Shown: positions 39,771 to 49,294 of the stretch, one piece after another | Layout of the letters: each line of letters starts with the position of its first letter | How positions within the stretch are numbered: position 1 is the stretch's first letter | Source of the DNA: Armatimonadota bacterium | GTDB lineage: Bacteria > Armatimonadota > DTGP01 > JAKQQT01 | DNA length: 64,000 nt | Direction of reading: 5' to 3' | Assembly: GCA_036504095.1 (NCBI GenBank) | Contig: DASXVS010000032.1 | Coordinates: 18,690 to 82,689 of the forward strand | Notes under the pieces: generated by a model | The model's database searches: none | The model's input: the letters and a program-made list of their open reading frames with translations, nothing else | Told to the model about the DNA's origin: nothing | Made by a program: the position numbers and the translations under genes

Positions 39771-41720
39771 TCATCGCCCCGGCAGACTGTCGATGGCCGC
39801 GCTGGTCGGCCGGCCATAGGCTTCCGGGGTCAGATACCGTCCGCGGTCGCCCGCGGGTTTATCCACCTCTGGAACGGTCCGGTGCCCCTGCGCCCAGGCG
39901 TCTTTCCGGATTCCGGTGACTTGCCAGGAGACCTCCATCCCGGGTATTCCCCCCGCGATACGGAAAGTATTCCCCTGAACTCTGCTGGCGATGAAGAGGT
40001 TGGGCGCCGGGGCGCCGATGGCGGTCAATTGGTACCGGAAGTCCATATTGAGCGCCTCGAAATACCCCGGAAGGTGAACATCGGCCTGGCCTCCAGCATC
40101 CAGGACAGCGATACCGTCGTACAGGTTCTTCATGTCCGGACTCTCGACAGACGTGTGGTAAAGGTACTTGTTGGCGGGATCCAGCGGGTGGTCGATCCTG
40201 AAGTTCTTCGTGAGGGCGTTAAGGGTACCGTTGATCTGAACTTCCCCTTCAAACCGCCCGGCGAGTCCGCCGTTGACCCCTTGTCCGGCGACTCCCACCC
40301 CGGTTTTCGAACCGCTGGGTGCGACGAGATAGCCGCCGAGGAAGCCGAAACTGCCGCCCTGACCCGATACTCCGGCCACCGCGGGCCCATTGGTGCTGAA
40401 CCCGTACACACCATCCCCATTGACGCTCACACCAGAGACGCCCACGGCGCTGTTGCCGGGGATGCCGCTCGTATCCGCCGACGCGTCGTTGTAACCGAAG
40501 ACGCCGTAGTTGTGGCCATTTGTGCCGGGACCGTCGTGCCCGTAGCCGTAGACGCCGTACTGACCGGCGCCGGAGACCCCGACGCCGTAGGGCGTGAGTG
40601 AGTTCGGCGGTCCGGGGCTGATGACCGTACCAAGCCAGCCCCAGCTCTGCGTCAACGCGTTGTAACCCGTTACACCTGTGCCGGACATCTCATTGCGACC
40701 GAAAACTCCACTGTCCGCCGAGCTGGACGTCTGGCCGAAGACCCCGTTGTGAACGCCGTGTCCCCACACCCCCGCGTACCCCTGCGTGCTTTCGCCAATC
40801 ACTCCATACGCGCCCTGCTCCGACAAACCGTAGACGCCCGTACCGGCGCCCGAGTCGCCCCAGACGCCGACGTGCGCGCCGCTGCCCCAGACGCCGTCAC
40901 CCGCTGAATTGTCGTTCTGGCCATAGATAGCCGGTAATCCGCCGGCGTGCCCCACGCCGTTTACCGCCTCGTAGCTTGCGCTTTCGCCATACACCCCGGC
41001 GCTGCTCGTGCTGATCCCGTAGACGCCGTAACTCTTGGAACTGCTGCCGTAGAGGCCGATGCCGTTGGTGCTGCTGCCCTGGGTTCCGACACCGTCCGTA
41101 CTCGTGCCGAACACGCCTTTGTTGCTCGTGCTGCCTCCCCGGATGCCGTTGCCGGTGGTCGAATACCCGGCAACCGCATCGTAGTTGATGCTCAATCCGA
41201 GGATCCCGCTGTTGTTGTCCGACGAGCCTTCAATGGCCGCCCCGGTCCCGGAGTTGCGCACGTACATCGCGTTGTCCGGAGACGCAACGCTGGCCGTGCC
41301 CGAAAGCGGCAGGCTCAGGGTGGCCGAGGGTGTGTTCAGTGCGTACGGGACGCTCGCCAGAGAGTATCGCGGCGCCATTGCAGACGCTTCCCCGGCAATC
41401 TGAACCTCCACGAAATACGGCTTGTCGAACGCCAGCGATCCGAACGGGGTGGGAACCCCAAGCTGCGTCGTAAAGAGGCCGTGGCTGCCGGTCAACGTCA
41501 CCGGCTTGGCTGCCTCGGTCCACAGCGGGCTGCCGCCACTGGCTACGTCATACAGCCGGAATGTGATGTTGTACGTACCGGCAGGCTTTGGCTGGCCCGC
41601 CGCGTTGACAAGAATCCCCTCAAACGAGATGGCCTGCGGGATTGCCGCGCTAATGGGCGCCGCCAGCCAGGCGGCAAACGACACTGCGCCTAACGCCGCA
41701 GATAATCCGTGCTTCAACAC
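39771..41720 (-). CDS. Secreted tail-fibre-like protein, paralog of 21420..24534 in its N-terminal domain. It has a Gly/Tyr-rich short-repeat stalk and a distinct C-terminal domain.
   Basis: Putative GTG start before the signal LKHGLSAALGAVSFAAWLAAPISA. The N-terminal ~120 aa align with the other tail-fibre-like protein (I.F.G.L...G.P..G.Y...F.LY....GG..LW.E ... PR..LASVPYAL). The stalk has ~30 degenerate G[VI][YWF]G-type repeats. The C-terminus FRIDHPLDPANKYLYHTSVESPDMKNLYDG... has unknown function. Confidence 0.6.
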   Translation of the reverse strand: MLKHGLSAALGAVSFAAWLAAPISAAIPQAISFEGILVNAAGQPKPAGTYNITFRLYDVASGGSPLWTEAAKPVTLTGSHGLFTTQLGVPTPFGSLAFDKPYFVEVQIAGEASAMAPRYSLASVPYALNTPSATLSLPLSGTASVASPDNAMYVRNSGTGAAIEGSSDNNSGILGLSINYDAVAGYSTTGNGIRGGSTSNKGVFGTSTDGVGTQGSSTNGIGLYGSSSKSYGVYGISTSSAGVYGESASYEAVNGVGHAGGLPAIYGQNDNSAGDGVWGSGAHVGVWGDSGAGTGVYGLSEQGAYGVIGESTQGYAGVWGHGVHNGVFGQTSSSADSGVFGRNEMSGTGVTGYNALTQSWGWLGTVISPGPPNSLTPYGVGVSGAGQYGVYGYGHDGPGTNGHNYGVFGYNDASADTSGIPGNSAVGVSGVSVNGDGVYGFSTNGPAVAGVSGQGGSFGFLGGYLVAPSGSKTGVGVAGQGVNGGLAGRFEGEVQINGTLNALTKNFRIDHPLDPANKYLYHTSVESPDMKNLYDGIAVLDAGGQADVHLPGYFEALNMDFRYQLTAIGAPAPNLFIASRVQGNTFRIAGGIPGMEVSWQVTGIRKDAWAQGHRTVPEVDKPAGDRGRYLTPEAYGRPTSAAIDSLPGR

Positions 41721-41938
41721 AGCCTCCCATTGATAGCAGTTGGGCCGCGAAAGGTTGGCGGACGGCGGCACCATCCGATTCCTGCGGACTGACAGACGCC
41801 GGCCATGGACCTGCAAGCCGTCGCCTCTTCGCGGAAGAGATGATGAATTACAATTGGAACAATCCGGGATGCGCATGCGTTTCCTTTGGCGTCCACCATC
41901 TTGATTGCGACGCCTGATGGCGTGAGGAGGAGACACTG

Positions 41939-43222
41939 ATGCCGACCATGCCGGTCATCGAAAGGCCCGTGGCAACCGCCGGAACAATGGCAGCGCGCTA
42001 CCGCGAGGTCCGGGACTTCACCGAGCGACTGTGCGAACCGCTGGAAACCGAAGACTACGTCATCCAGTCCATGCCGGACGCCAGCCCCACGAAGTGGCAC
42101 CTCGCGCACACCAGCTGGTTCTTCGAAACCTTCGTCCTCTCGCCGTTCCTTGCCGGCTATCGCTCCCCGGATCCGCTGTACGAATACCTGTTCAATTCCT
42201 ACTACAACGCCGTCGGCGAGCGCCACCCGCGGCCGAAGCGTGGGCTGCTCTCCCGCCCGACGGTGGCGGAGGTCTATGGTTACCGCGCGCATGTGGACGA
42301 AGCGATGCGCGACCTCCTGGCGATCTCGGAGGGCGAATTGGTGGAGCGCTTGGCGCCGGTCCTCACCCTCGGCCTGCACCACGAACAACAGCACCAGGAG
42401 TTGATTCTCACCGACCTGAAAAACGCGCTGGCGGGTAACCCGATTCGGCCCGCGTACCGGGACCGATCGAGGGAATCCCATGCTGAGGCGCCGCCCCTGA
42501 AGTGGGTTCACTTCCCGGCCGGCATCGCGTGGATCGGGCACGATGGCGGCGGATTTGCCTTCGACAATGAGGGCCCGCGCCATCGGGAATACCTGGAGGG
42601 CTTCGCCCTGGCCACGCGCCTCGTCACCAACGCGGAGTACATCGCCTTTGTGGAGGCCGGCGGCTACCGGCAGCCGCAGTGGTGGCTCTCATCCGGTTGG
42701 AACGCGGTGCAGGACGCGGGCTGGAGTGCGCCGTTGTACTGGGAGGAGCGCGACGGCCGCTGGTGGCATTTCACGCTTTCCGGGATGCGCCCGGTGGACG
42801 AAGATGAACCGGTCTGTCACGTCAGTTATTACGAGGCGGACGCCTATGCGCGCTGGGCAGGCGCCCGGCTCCCATCGGAAGCGGAGTGGGAGCAAGCGGC
42901 GGCCGGCCTGCCGGTGACCGGGAGCTTCGCGGAGTGCGGCCGCTTCCATCCGGCGCCCGCCGGCAGGGATGCCGGCCTGAGCCAGATGTACGGGGACGCA
43001 TGGGAGTGGACCCGGAGCTCCTACGCCCCGTATCCAGGCTACGCGCCGGACGAGGGGGCTCTCGGCGAGTACAACGGCAAGTTCATGTGTAACCAGTACG
43101 TTCTGCGGGGCGGTTCGTGCGCCACGCCGGAGAGCCACATCCGCGCAACCTATCGCAACTTCTTCCCGCCGGACGCCCGATGGCAGTTCACCGGCATCCG
43201 CCTCGCGAAGGACGCCTCATGA
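41939..43222 (+). CDS. egtB: Ergothioneine biosynthesis sulfoxide synthase EgtB (DinB-like N-terminus + FGE-sulfatase-like C-terminus).
   Basis: DinB_2-like HLAHTSWFFETFVL. FGE-like C-terminus ending ...CNQYVLRGGSCATPESHIRATYRNFFPPDARWQFTGIRLAKD. Confidence 0.85.
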   Translation: MPTMPVIERPVATAGTMAARYREVRDFTERLCEPLETEDYVIQSMPDASPTKWHLAHTSWFFETFVLSPFLAGYRSPDPLYEYLFNSYYNAVGERHPRPKRGLLSRPTVAEVYGYRAHVDEAMRDLLAISEGELVERLAPVLTLGLHHEQQHQELILTDLKNALAGNPIRPAYRDRSRESHAEAPPLKWVHFPAGIAWIGHDGGGFAFDNEGPRHREYLEGFALATRLVTNAEYIAFVEAGGYRQPQWWLSSGWNAVQDAGWSAPLYWEERDGRWWHFTLSGMRPVDEDEPVCHVSYYEADAYARWAGARLPSEAEWEQAAAGLPVTGSFAECGRFHPAPAGRDAGLSQMYGDAWEWTRSSYAPYPGYAPDEGALGEYNGKFMCNQYVLRGGSCATPESHIRATYRNFFPPDARWQFTGIRLAKDAS

Positions 43223-44238
43223 CCGCGATAATGCACCACGCCCCCCTGCTGGATTTCCACCCGGACACGGAATCCTTCCTCGATGATGTGCTCCACGGGC
43301 TGTCGCTGGCGCCCAAGACCCTTCCGTGCAAGTACTTCTACGACGAGGAAGGGTCCCGGCTCTTCGATGAGATCTGCGGCCTGGAAGAGTACTATCCCAC
43401 GCGGACCGAGACGGCGCTGATGGAGGCGCACGCCGGCGAAATGGCCACTCTCCTGGGGCGGGACGTGGTTCTGGTGGAGTATGGCAGCGGGAGCAGCACC
43501 AAGAGCCGCATCCTGCTCGATAACCTGCCGGACCTTGAAGCCTACGTTCCGATCGACATCTCGCGCGAACACCTCTGCCGGTCGGCCGACTGTCTCGCCT
43601 GCGAATACGCCGGTCTGCCGGTTCATCCGGTCTGTGCGGATTACACGGCGCCGTTCCGCCTGCCCACGTTCGGCCGGGGGAATGCCCGGTGGTCCGTCTA
43701 CTTCCCGGGTTCCACAATCGGGAATTTCCACAGACCCGAGGCGGTCCGGTTCTTGCGGCAGATAGCCCGGGTGGTCGGGCCCGGCGGCGCCCTCCTCATC
43801 GGGGTGGACCTGAGGAAAGACACACAGGTCCTGGAGGCCGCCTATAACGACCGCCGGGGCGTCACCGCGGCCTTCAATATGAACCTCCTCCGCCGGATCA
43901 ACAGGGAACTTGGAGCGGATTTCAACCTGGACCGGTTCCGGCACCACGCCTTCTACAACGAGGATCGCGGCCGGATCGAGATGCACCTTCAAAGCCTGGC
44001 AAACCAGACGGTGCGCATCGACCGGGACGACGTGTCTTTCAGTGAGGGCGAGACCATTTTCACGGAGTGCTCCTACAAGTACAGCCTGGAAGGCTTCGCC
44101 GGCCTGGCAGCCGAAGCCGGATTCACCGTCCGCAGGGTCTGGACCGACGCGGCCCGCCTGTTCAGCGTTCAATACCTTGTCGCCACGAAGGTGGACCAGC
44201 CACCGGAACGGCCATATCAACACGGAGGTGTTACTTGA
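43219..44238 (+). CDS. egtD: L-histidine N-alpha-methyltransferase EgtD.
   Basis: Start MTAIMHH overlaps the egtB stop (ATGA). YFYDEEGSRLFDEICGLEEYYPTRTE and VEYGSGSSTKSRILL are EgtD SAM-methyltransferase motifs. I rejected the 34-aa upstream extension of the listed ORF. Confidence 0.85.
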   Translation: MTAIMHHAPLLDFHPDTESFLDDVLHGLSLAPKTLPCKYFYDEEGSRLFDEICGLEEYYPTRTETALMEAHAGEMATLLGRDVVLVEYGSGSSTKSRILLDNLPDLEAYVPIDISREHLCRSADCLACEYAGLPVHPVCADYTAPFRLPTFGRGNARWSVYFPGSTIGNFHRPEAVRFLRQIARVVGPGGALLIGVDLRKDTQVLEAAYNDRRGVTAAFNMNLLRRINRELGADFNLDRFRHHAFYNEDRGRIEMHLQSLANQTVRIDRDDVSFSEGETIFTECSYKYSLEGFAGLAAEAGFTVRRVWTDAARLFSVQYLVATKVDQPPERPYQHGGVT

Positions 44239-44840
44239 AAATCATCGTAATCGGTGCCACCGGCACCATCGGCAAAGCAGTGGTTCAGGCGCTCTCACCG
44301 CGCCATCAAATCGTTCCCGTGGCTCGCTCCAGTGGAGAGCATCGCGCGGACATCACATCGAACGAATCCCTTCAAACCCTGTTCAAACAGGTCGCGCCGT
44401 TTGACGCCGTCGTCATCGCGGCGGGCGAGGGGAGGTTCAAGCCGCTCGAGGAGCTTTCCGACGAGGATTTCCAGTTCTGCCTCTCCAACAAGCTGATGGG
44501 GCAGGTGAACGCGGTCCGTATCGCCATGGGGCTCATCAACGACGGAGGCAGCATCACTCTGACGAGCGGGGTTCTCGCCGGCGAGCCGACGCCCGGCAGC
44601 GCGGCCATTAGCATGGTGGGTGCGGCTCTGGAAGGCTTCGCCCGGGCGGCCGCCCTTGAGGCGCCGCGCGGCATCCGCGTGAACATCGTCAGCCCTCCCT
44701 GGGTGAGCGAGACCCTGGCCGCAATGGGAATGGACCCGTCGGGCGGGATGCCGGCCGCGGAGGTTGCGGGAGCCTACGTGGCAAGCGTTGAAGGAGTTGA
44801 GACCGGAAGCGTCCTCGATGCGCGGGTCTTCACCTTCTGA
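44235..44840 (+). CDS. Short-chain dehydrogenase/reductase-like NAD(P)-binding protein, coupled to egtD.
   Basis: TTG start (LKIIVIGATGTIGKAV) overlaps the egtD stop (TTGA), with GGAGGTG eight nt upstream. The Rossmann G.TG.IG motif is present. Confidence 0.6.
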   Translation: MKIIVIGATGTIGKAVVQALSPRHQIVPVARSSGEHRADITSNESLQTLFKQVAPFDAVVIAAGEGRFKPLEELSDEDFQFCLSNKLMGQVNAVRIAMGLINDGGSITLTSGVLAGEPTPGSAAISMVGAALEGFARAAALEAPRGIRVNIVSPPWVSETLAAMGMDPSGGMPAAEVAGAYVASVEGVETGSVLDARVFTF

Positions 44841-44923
44841 GGCACGGCCCCGGATCGATGCCTGATCGACGTCCGCCCTGCTATTTTTGGCGGGGCGGAC
44901 GGTTGAAGCGAGGCGCTGCGGCG

Positions 44924-45303
44924 TCAGAACATCGTGTTGCCGTTTGCGGATGTGGCGGGGACCCGTTGCAGCACATCCCAGTGCTCGACGATCTTGCCAT
45001 CTTCCAGTCGGAAAATGTCGATGCCCGCCCAGTCGGCGTCGCCCGGCCACTCCTGGCGGCAATGCACGGCCACGAAGTTCGCCTCCGCGATCACCCTCTC
45101 GAAGTGGACCCGCTTTCCGGGGTACTCCGCAGCCATCCGCGTGAAGTACTCGATGAACGCCTCTTTGCCGTCGGGGACGGTGGGGTTGTGTTGAATGTAC
45201 TCCGCTCCCACATACCGTTCCACCGCCTCGCGCGGTTCGCATCGGTTGAACATCAAATCATAGAAGCCCGTAACGGCCTCTTTGTTGCGGTCAAGCTCGG
45301 ACA
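44924..45303 (-). CDS. SnoaL-like (NTF2-fold) ester cyclase family protein.
   Basis: [20 protein letters not shown]...YIQHNP...[12 protein letters not shown] matches the SnoaL-like polyketide cyclase pattern. The long N-terminal extension of the listed ORF is rejected. Confidence 0.65.
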
Positions 45304-45320
45304 TCGGTGCTCCTTGCCTT

Positions 45321-46817
45321 TCAGCTTCGAAGGCGCAGGCCGCGCGGGATGACGACGCGGTCGAGGAGGTCGAACCCGCCCTGGACAAGCAGGGCGAGGA
45401 CAGCCACCGGTATGGCGCCCTGGAGGATGAGGTTGTTGTCCCGCAGGGCAATGCCCTGGAGGATGGGGTTGCCAAGGCCGCCGGCGCCGATCAGCGCGGC
45501 CAGTGTCGCCGTGCCGACGTTGATGACGGCGCTGGTCTTGATGCCGGCCATGATGGAGGGCGTGGCCATCGGAAGGAGAACCCGCACCAGCCGCGCCATC
45601 GGAGACAGGCCCAGCGCCTCCGCCGCTTCGGAAAGGTTGGCGGGGATGGTCGAGAGGCCTGTGTAGGTATTGCGAACGATGGGCAGCAGGCTGTACAGGA
45701 AGAGCGCCACGAGCGAAGGCACGATGCCGATGCGGTGAAAGAGCGCGATGAGGAAGGCGAGAAGCGCGAGCGAGGGGATCGTCTGGAGCAGGCCGGCGCC
45801 GGAAAGCGTGAGCCCGGCGAGGAAGCGGGAGCGGGCCGCCAGTATCCCGAGCGGTACGCCCACGAGGATCGCAGCCAGTAGCGACACGGCCACGAGTTCC
45901 ATATGCGTGAGAGTGTTCCGGGCGATGTCCCGCGCCACGCTGGAAACGGGCGCCGCGCCGGTGTCCTGGCCCAGCGTATCGCGCAAGAGCGCCGCGGCGG
46001 CGTCCTCCGAGGTGCGCTTCCCCAGGACGACCGCGGCGTTCGCCCGTATCATGGCCGCTTCATCCACGTGGCCGGCGAGCCGTCCCATGGCGGCGAAAAC
46101 GGCGGGCGCGCGGCGCGGCAGTTCCAGCCGGTAGAGGAGGACGGCATCGTACCGGGGGAAGAAGCCCCGATCGTCTTCCAGCACCCTGAGGTTCAGTTTC
46201 GCGATCTGGGCGTCCGTGGTGTAGATGTCCATCACATCCGCCTCGCCGTTGGCGAGCGCGCCATAGGCCAGGTCGTGCTGAATGCCCCGCACGTCGCGCA
46301 TGTGCAGCCCGTAGACGCCGGCGAGGCCGGGAAAGCCGTCCTTGCGGCCGATGAACTCGTGCGAAAGCGCGAGGCGAAGGTCCGGGTGCGCGGCGAGGTC
46401 CGAAAGCTTGTAGAGGCCGTATTTCTTCTGTGTACCCGGCAGCACGGCGAGCGCGTACCCGTCGTTGAACCCGAGGGAATCGCTTACGCCGATGCCGCGC
46501 GGCTTCAGAAAAGCGCGCATTTCGGCGACGGATGGCCTTCCGCGGGACTTCATGAGCACCTCGGCGATCGTGCCGGTGTACTCTGGATAGATATCGATGC
46601 CGCCGGACTTGAGCGCCTGGTACACGATCTCCGTGCCGCCCAGGTTCTTTCGGTGTTCCACCTCCGCCGACCCGGTTTGCCGCGCGAGCTGGGCCAGCGC
46701 ATCGCCCAGTATCCACGATTCCGCGAACGCCTTCGAGCCGATGGTCACCGCCGGCCGCGCGTGGGCGCCGGCGGCGCCGAGCAGAAGCCACAGCAGAAGC
46801 GCCGCGGTGCGCCTCAT
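45321..46817 (-). CDS. OpuC/OpuB-type ABC transporter, fused substrate-binding domain + permease (glycine betaine/choline/ergothioneine-type family).
   Basis: Start at [20 protein letters not shown] (signal) overlaps the ATPase stop (ATGA). An OpuAC-like SBP domain is followed by an OpuCB-like permease with EAA-loop-like [10 protein letters not shown]. The upstream part of the listed 770-aa ORF is a shadow of the ATPase gene. Confidence 0.8.
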   Translation of the reverse strand: MRRTAALLLWLLLGAAGAHARPAVTIGSKAFAESWILGDALAQLARQTGSAEVEHRKNLGGTEIVYQALKSGGIDIYPEYTGTIAEVLMKSRGRPSVAEMRAFLKPRGIGVSDSLGFNDGYALAVLPGTQKKYGLYKLSDLAAHPDLRLALSHEFIGRKDGFPGLAGVYGLHMRDVRGIQHDLAYGALANGEADVMDIYTTDAQIAKLNLRVLEDDRGFFPRYDAVLLYRLELPRRAPAVFAAMGRLAGHVDEAAMIRANAAVVLGKRTSEDAAAALLRDTLGQDTGAAPVSSVARDIARNTLTHMELVAVSLLAAILVGVPLGILAARSRFLAGLTLSGAGLLQTIPSLALLAFLIALFHRIGIVPSLVALFLYSLLPIVRNTYTGLSTIPANLSEAAEALGLSPMARLVRVLLPMATPSIMAGIKTSAVINVGTATLAALIGAGGLGNPILQGIALRDNNLILQGAIPVAVLALLVQGGFDLLDRVVIPRGLRLRS

Positions 46818-47569
46818 CCGGCAGCCTCCGCGGTATCGCTCCAGAGCGGGCGCTGGGCACGGATGAACTCCGTGACGAACGGGTCCGCCGGCTGCTCCAG
46901 CAAATCCCTGACGGCCCCGCGCTGAACGATGCGACCGTCCCGCATCATCGCGATCTCGTCCCCCAGGTAGCCCGCCTCGCCCATATCGTGCGTCACGAAG
47001 AGGACCGTCTTGTTCAAGCGCTGAAAGATCGCCTTCAGGTCCTCCTGGAGGCCGGAGCGGACGATGGGGTCCAGCGCGCCCAGAGGCTCGTCCATCAGAA
47101 GCGCCTTCGGGTCCAGCATCAAGGCGCGCATCAGGCCCACGCGCTGGCGCTGTCCGCCGGAGAGTTGCACGGGGTAGCGGTCCAGAAGGTACGGCTCGAT
47201 GCGCGCCAGGTCGCACAACTCCGATAGGCGCTGGCCGATGCGTTGCTCGTCCCAGCCTAGGTGCCTGGCGACGAGGGCGATGTTGCCGGCGGCCGTGAGG
47301 TGGGGGAACAGTCCGCCGTCCTGTATCACATAGCCGATACGCCGTCGCAGCGCCATGCGTGTCTTCTCCGTCATCGCCGCACCGTCGACCGCGACGGCGC
47401 CGGAATCGGGCGTGAGGAGGCCCACCACGAGGCGCAGCAATGTGGATTTTCCGCACCCGCTCGGACCGATGAGCACAAGCGTGCGCTGCGGCGGAACCTC
47501 CAGAGTGGTGTTGGCGAGGGCAACCTTGCCGTCGAAGGACTTGCTTACGTTGTTGAGCGATATTTGCAT
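46814..47569 (-). CDS. ABC transporter ATP-binding protein of the OpuCA/EgtV-type.
   Basis: MQISLNNVSKSF start. Walker A GPSGCGKST, signature LSGGQRQRVGLMRAL, Walker B LLMDEPLGALD. Confidence 0.9.
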   Translation of the reverse strand: MQISLNNVSKSFDGKVALANTTLEVPPQRTLVLIGPSGCGKSTLLRLVVGLLTPDSGAVAVDGAAMTEKTRMALRRRIGYVIQDGGLFPHLTAAGNIALVARHLGWDEQRIGQRLSELCDLARIEPYLLDRYPVQLSGGQRQRVGLMRALMLDPKALLMDEPLGALDPIVRSGLQEDLKAIFQRLNKTVLFVTHDMGEAGYLGDEIAMMRDGRIVQRGAVRDLLEQPADPFVTEFIRAQRPLWSDTAEAAG

Positions 47570-47731
47570 GGCATGAGGCAAAACCCTTTCGGGTCTTGCC
47601 TGAGTATGCCACGCGCGCTTCGCCGGCTTCCACTTACCCCGCATGAAACGGGGGCGGTTGCTATTGGCTGGGTAAGCCCAGGCTCAACGCCCACTTCACC
47701 GCCGGCACGACTGAGAGCCGCCCGCGCGGCT

Positions 47732-48928
47732 CTAGAAGCGATACTGCCCCTGGAGCGTGAGAAGATCGTCGGTGCGGGAGCGACCCTGCTGCAACGCCCG
47801 GTCATAAAGGGTGAGCTTCGGTGACTCCCAGGCCACTGTCAAGCGGATATGGTCGTCCACATCCTGAATCGCGGCGATTCCCCAGCTCCGAATCTCCCCG
47901 TCCCCATCGAGCCGGAATCTGTTATCCGTGTCCGGATCGAATGAGGCGTACCGCGCGGCCAGCGAAAGGCTGTTGGACAGAGGGTGTTCGTAAGAGGCGA
48001 ACCAGGCCCGCGCCGGAGCCGTGCCGTATGGGTCCCCCTCCCCAAGGTTGAGCGCCATATCGCGCGCACCGATGTACTCGGCCCGGGCTTCGCCGCCTGC
48101 GACATCTTCCGCATGGGCCGCCACTGCCCATCGCTTGCGGTCGATGTGCATCCCGGACACGGTTTGCTGGCCCTGGTAAAGCGATATCGACGCCTCAGCC
48201 CGGGGGTTGAGCGAGTGGTGGATTCGGGCTATGAGGTCTTTGTAGTTGTCGGTATCCTGAAGCCGTCCGGCCTGACGGACCGACCTCCCGTTCGTGATCG
48301 CCAGGTCGAAATCCGTCGTCCTGGACAGTCCTCGGGAGACATTGAAGCCCTGATCACGTGTGTGGGGGAACAGCGTGGACCATCCCGCGGGGAGTTCCGG
48401 GAATTCCCGGTCAGCCGAAGACCGCTCGATCTCCGCGCCGAAGGGATATAGAAACTGGCCGCTGCGCAGGGTCCAACCAGCAACGTGGTTCCGGCGCGGC
48501 GTGATGTGCCAGTCGAAGTAGGCATCTCGCACCTTCGTATTATTCTGGCCACCATCAAGAGACAGGACGAAGCGCCCGTTCTCCGTCCGATGGCTGATAC
48601 GCAGGCGCGCCCTTCGCACGAGGAAATTGCTGGAGGGCTGAACGTTCTTTTGAAACGTCGCGCGGGCCTGGATGTACCCGGTGATGGTTGTGCGGTTCTG
48701 GCCGGCGGCGGCCGCGCCCCCCACTGCTCCGACGGGAGCTTCTGCGCTCGCGTGGGCAGACGCAACCTCCTTCAGGGCATCGGCGCGAATCGCGTCCGCG
48801 TCGGTCTGCGTGATGATACCGCGCCTCACCAGGCCGCGGAGGATGGCTTCGCCCATCTCATCCGCCCGCGCGGCCGTTCCGGCCCCTGCCAATATTCCAA
48901 TAACGAGGATCGCCAGCAATCTCTTCAT
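47732..48928 (-). CDS. Outer-membrane beta-barrel porin-like protein.
   Basis: Signal MKRLLAILVIGILAGAGTAARA. Alternating amphipathic beta strands. The C-terminal ...LTLQGQYRF ends in Phe, as in OM beta-barrels. Confidence 0.6.
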   Translation of the reverse strand: MKRLLAILVIGILAGAGTAARADEMGEAILRGLVRRGIITQTDADAIRADALKEVASAHASAEAPVGAVGGAAAAGQNRTTITGYIQARATFQKNVQPSSNFLVRRARLRISHRTENGRFVLSLDGGQNNTKVRDAYFDWHITPRRNHVAGWTLRSGQFLYPFGAEIERSSADREFPELPAGWSTLFPHTRDQGFNVSRGLSRTTDFDLAITNGRSVRQAGRLQDTDNYKDLIARIHHSLNPRAEASISLYQGQQTVSGMHIDRKRWAVAAHAEDVAGGEARAEYIGARDMALNLGEGDPYGTAPARAWFASYEHPLSNSLSLAARYASFDPDTDNRFRLDGDGEIRSWGIAAIQDVDDHIRLTVAWESPKLTLYDRALQQGRSRTDDLLTLQGQYRF

Positions 48929-49108
48929 TGTTCGTCTCCAGTGTTCAATCGCGTTTCTGCCGCATATGGTCAGTCTACAGCCCGTCAACCGGGAAACACA
49001 CCGTCGAAATGCCTCATGGAACATACATCGTCCCATTGGTGTCGAAAATATAGAGAATACTGAATATTGATGAGGGAGGTCATCGAAGGAGCAGACGTCG
49101 CATCCCGG

Positions 49109-49260
49109 TTTGGGCTGTCCACACTGGGCCGTTTCGTTGACACCGCTTTCGTGGCGGTAGGCTACTCAGCTTGGGCTGTAGATCGTCCGTCAGTTAGACG
49201 TATGGGCTTCCCCCAGACCATTTCAGCTCTCCAATGAACGGCCAAACATTCCTGGGCTGT
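49109..49260. repeat. Three direct copies of the 9-mer (T/C)TGGGCTGT in the intergenic region upstream of gene 49295.
   Basis: TTGGGCTGT at 49109, TTGGGCTGT at 49171 and CTGGGCTGT at 49252, spaced 62 and 81 bp apart. Confidence 0.4.
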
Positions 49261-49294
49261 CTGCACGCAATAGTTCGATTTTAGGAGGACCCGT

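Noticed and set aside
43150-45242. Minus-strand ORFs 43150..44223 and 44295..45242
   Set aside because: They are antisense to egtD, the SDR and the SnoaL-like genes. They have no motifs and GC-driven composition.
46817-47633. N-terminal 272 aa of the listed 770-aa ORF 45321..47633
   Set aside because: This part is an out-of-frame shadow of the ABC ATPase gene. The real protein starts at the signal peptide [10 protein letters not shown], whose ATG overlaps the ATPase stop codon.
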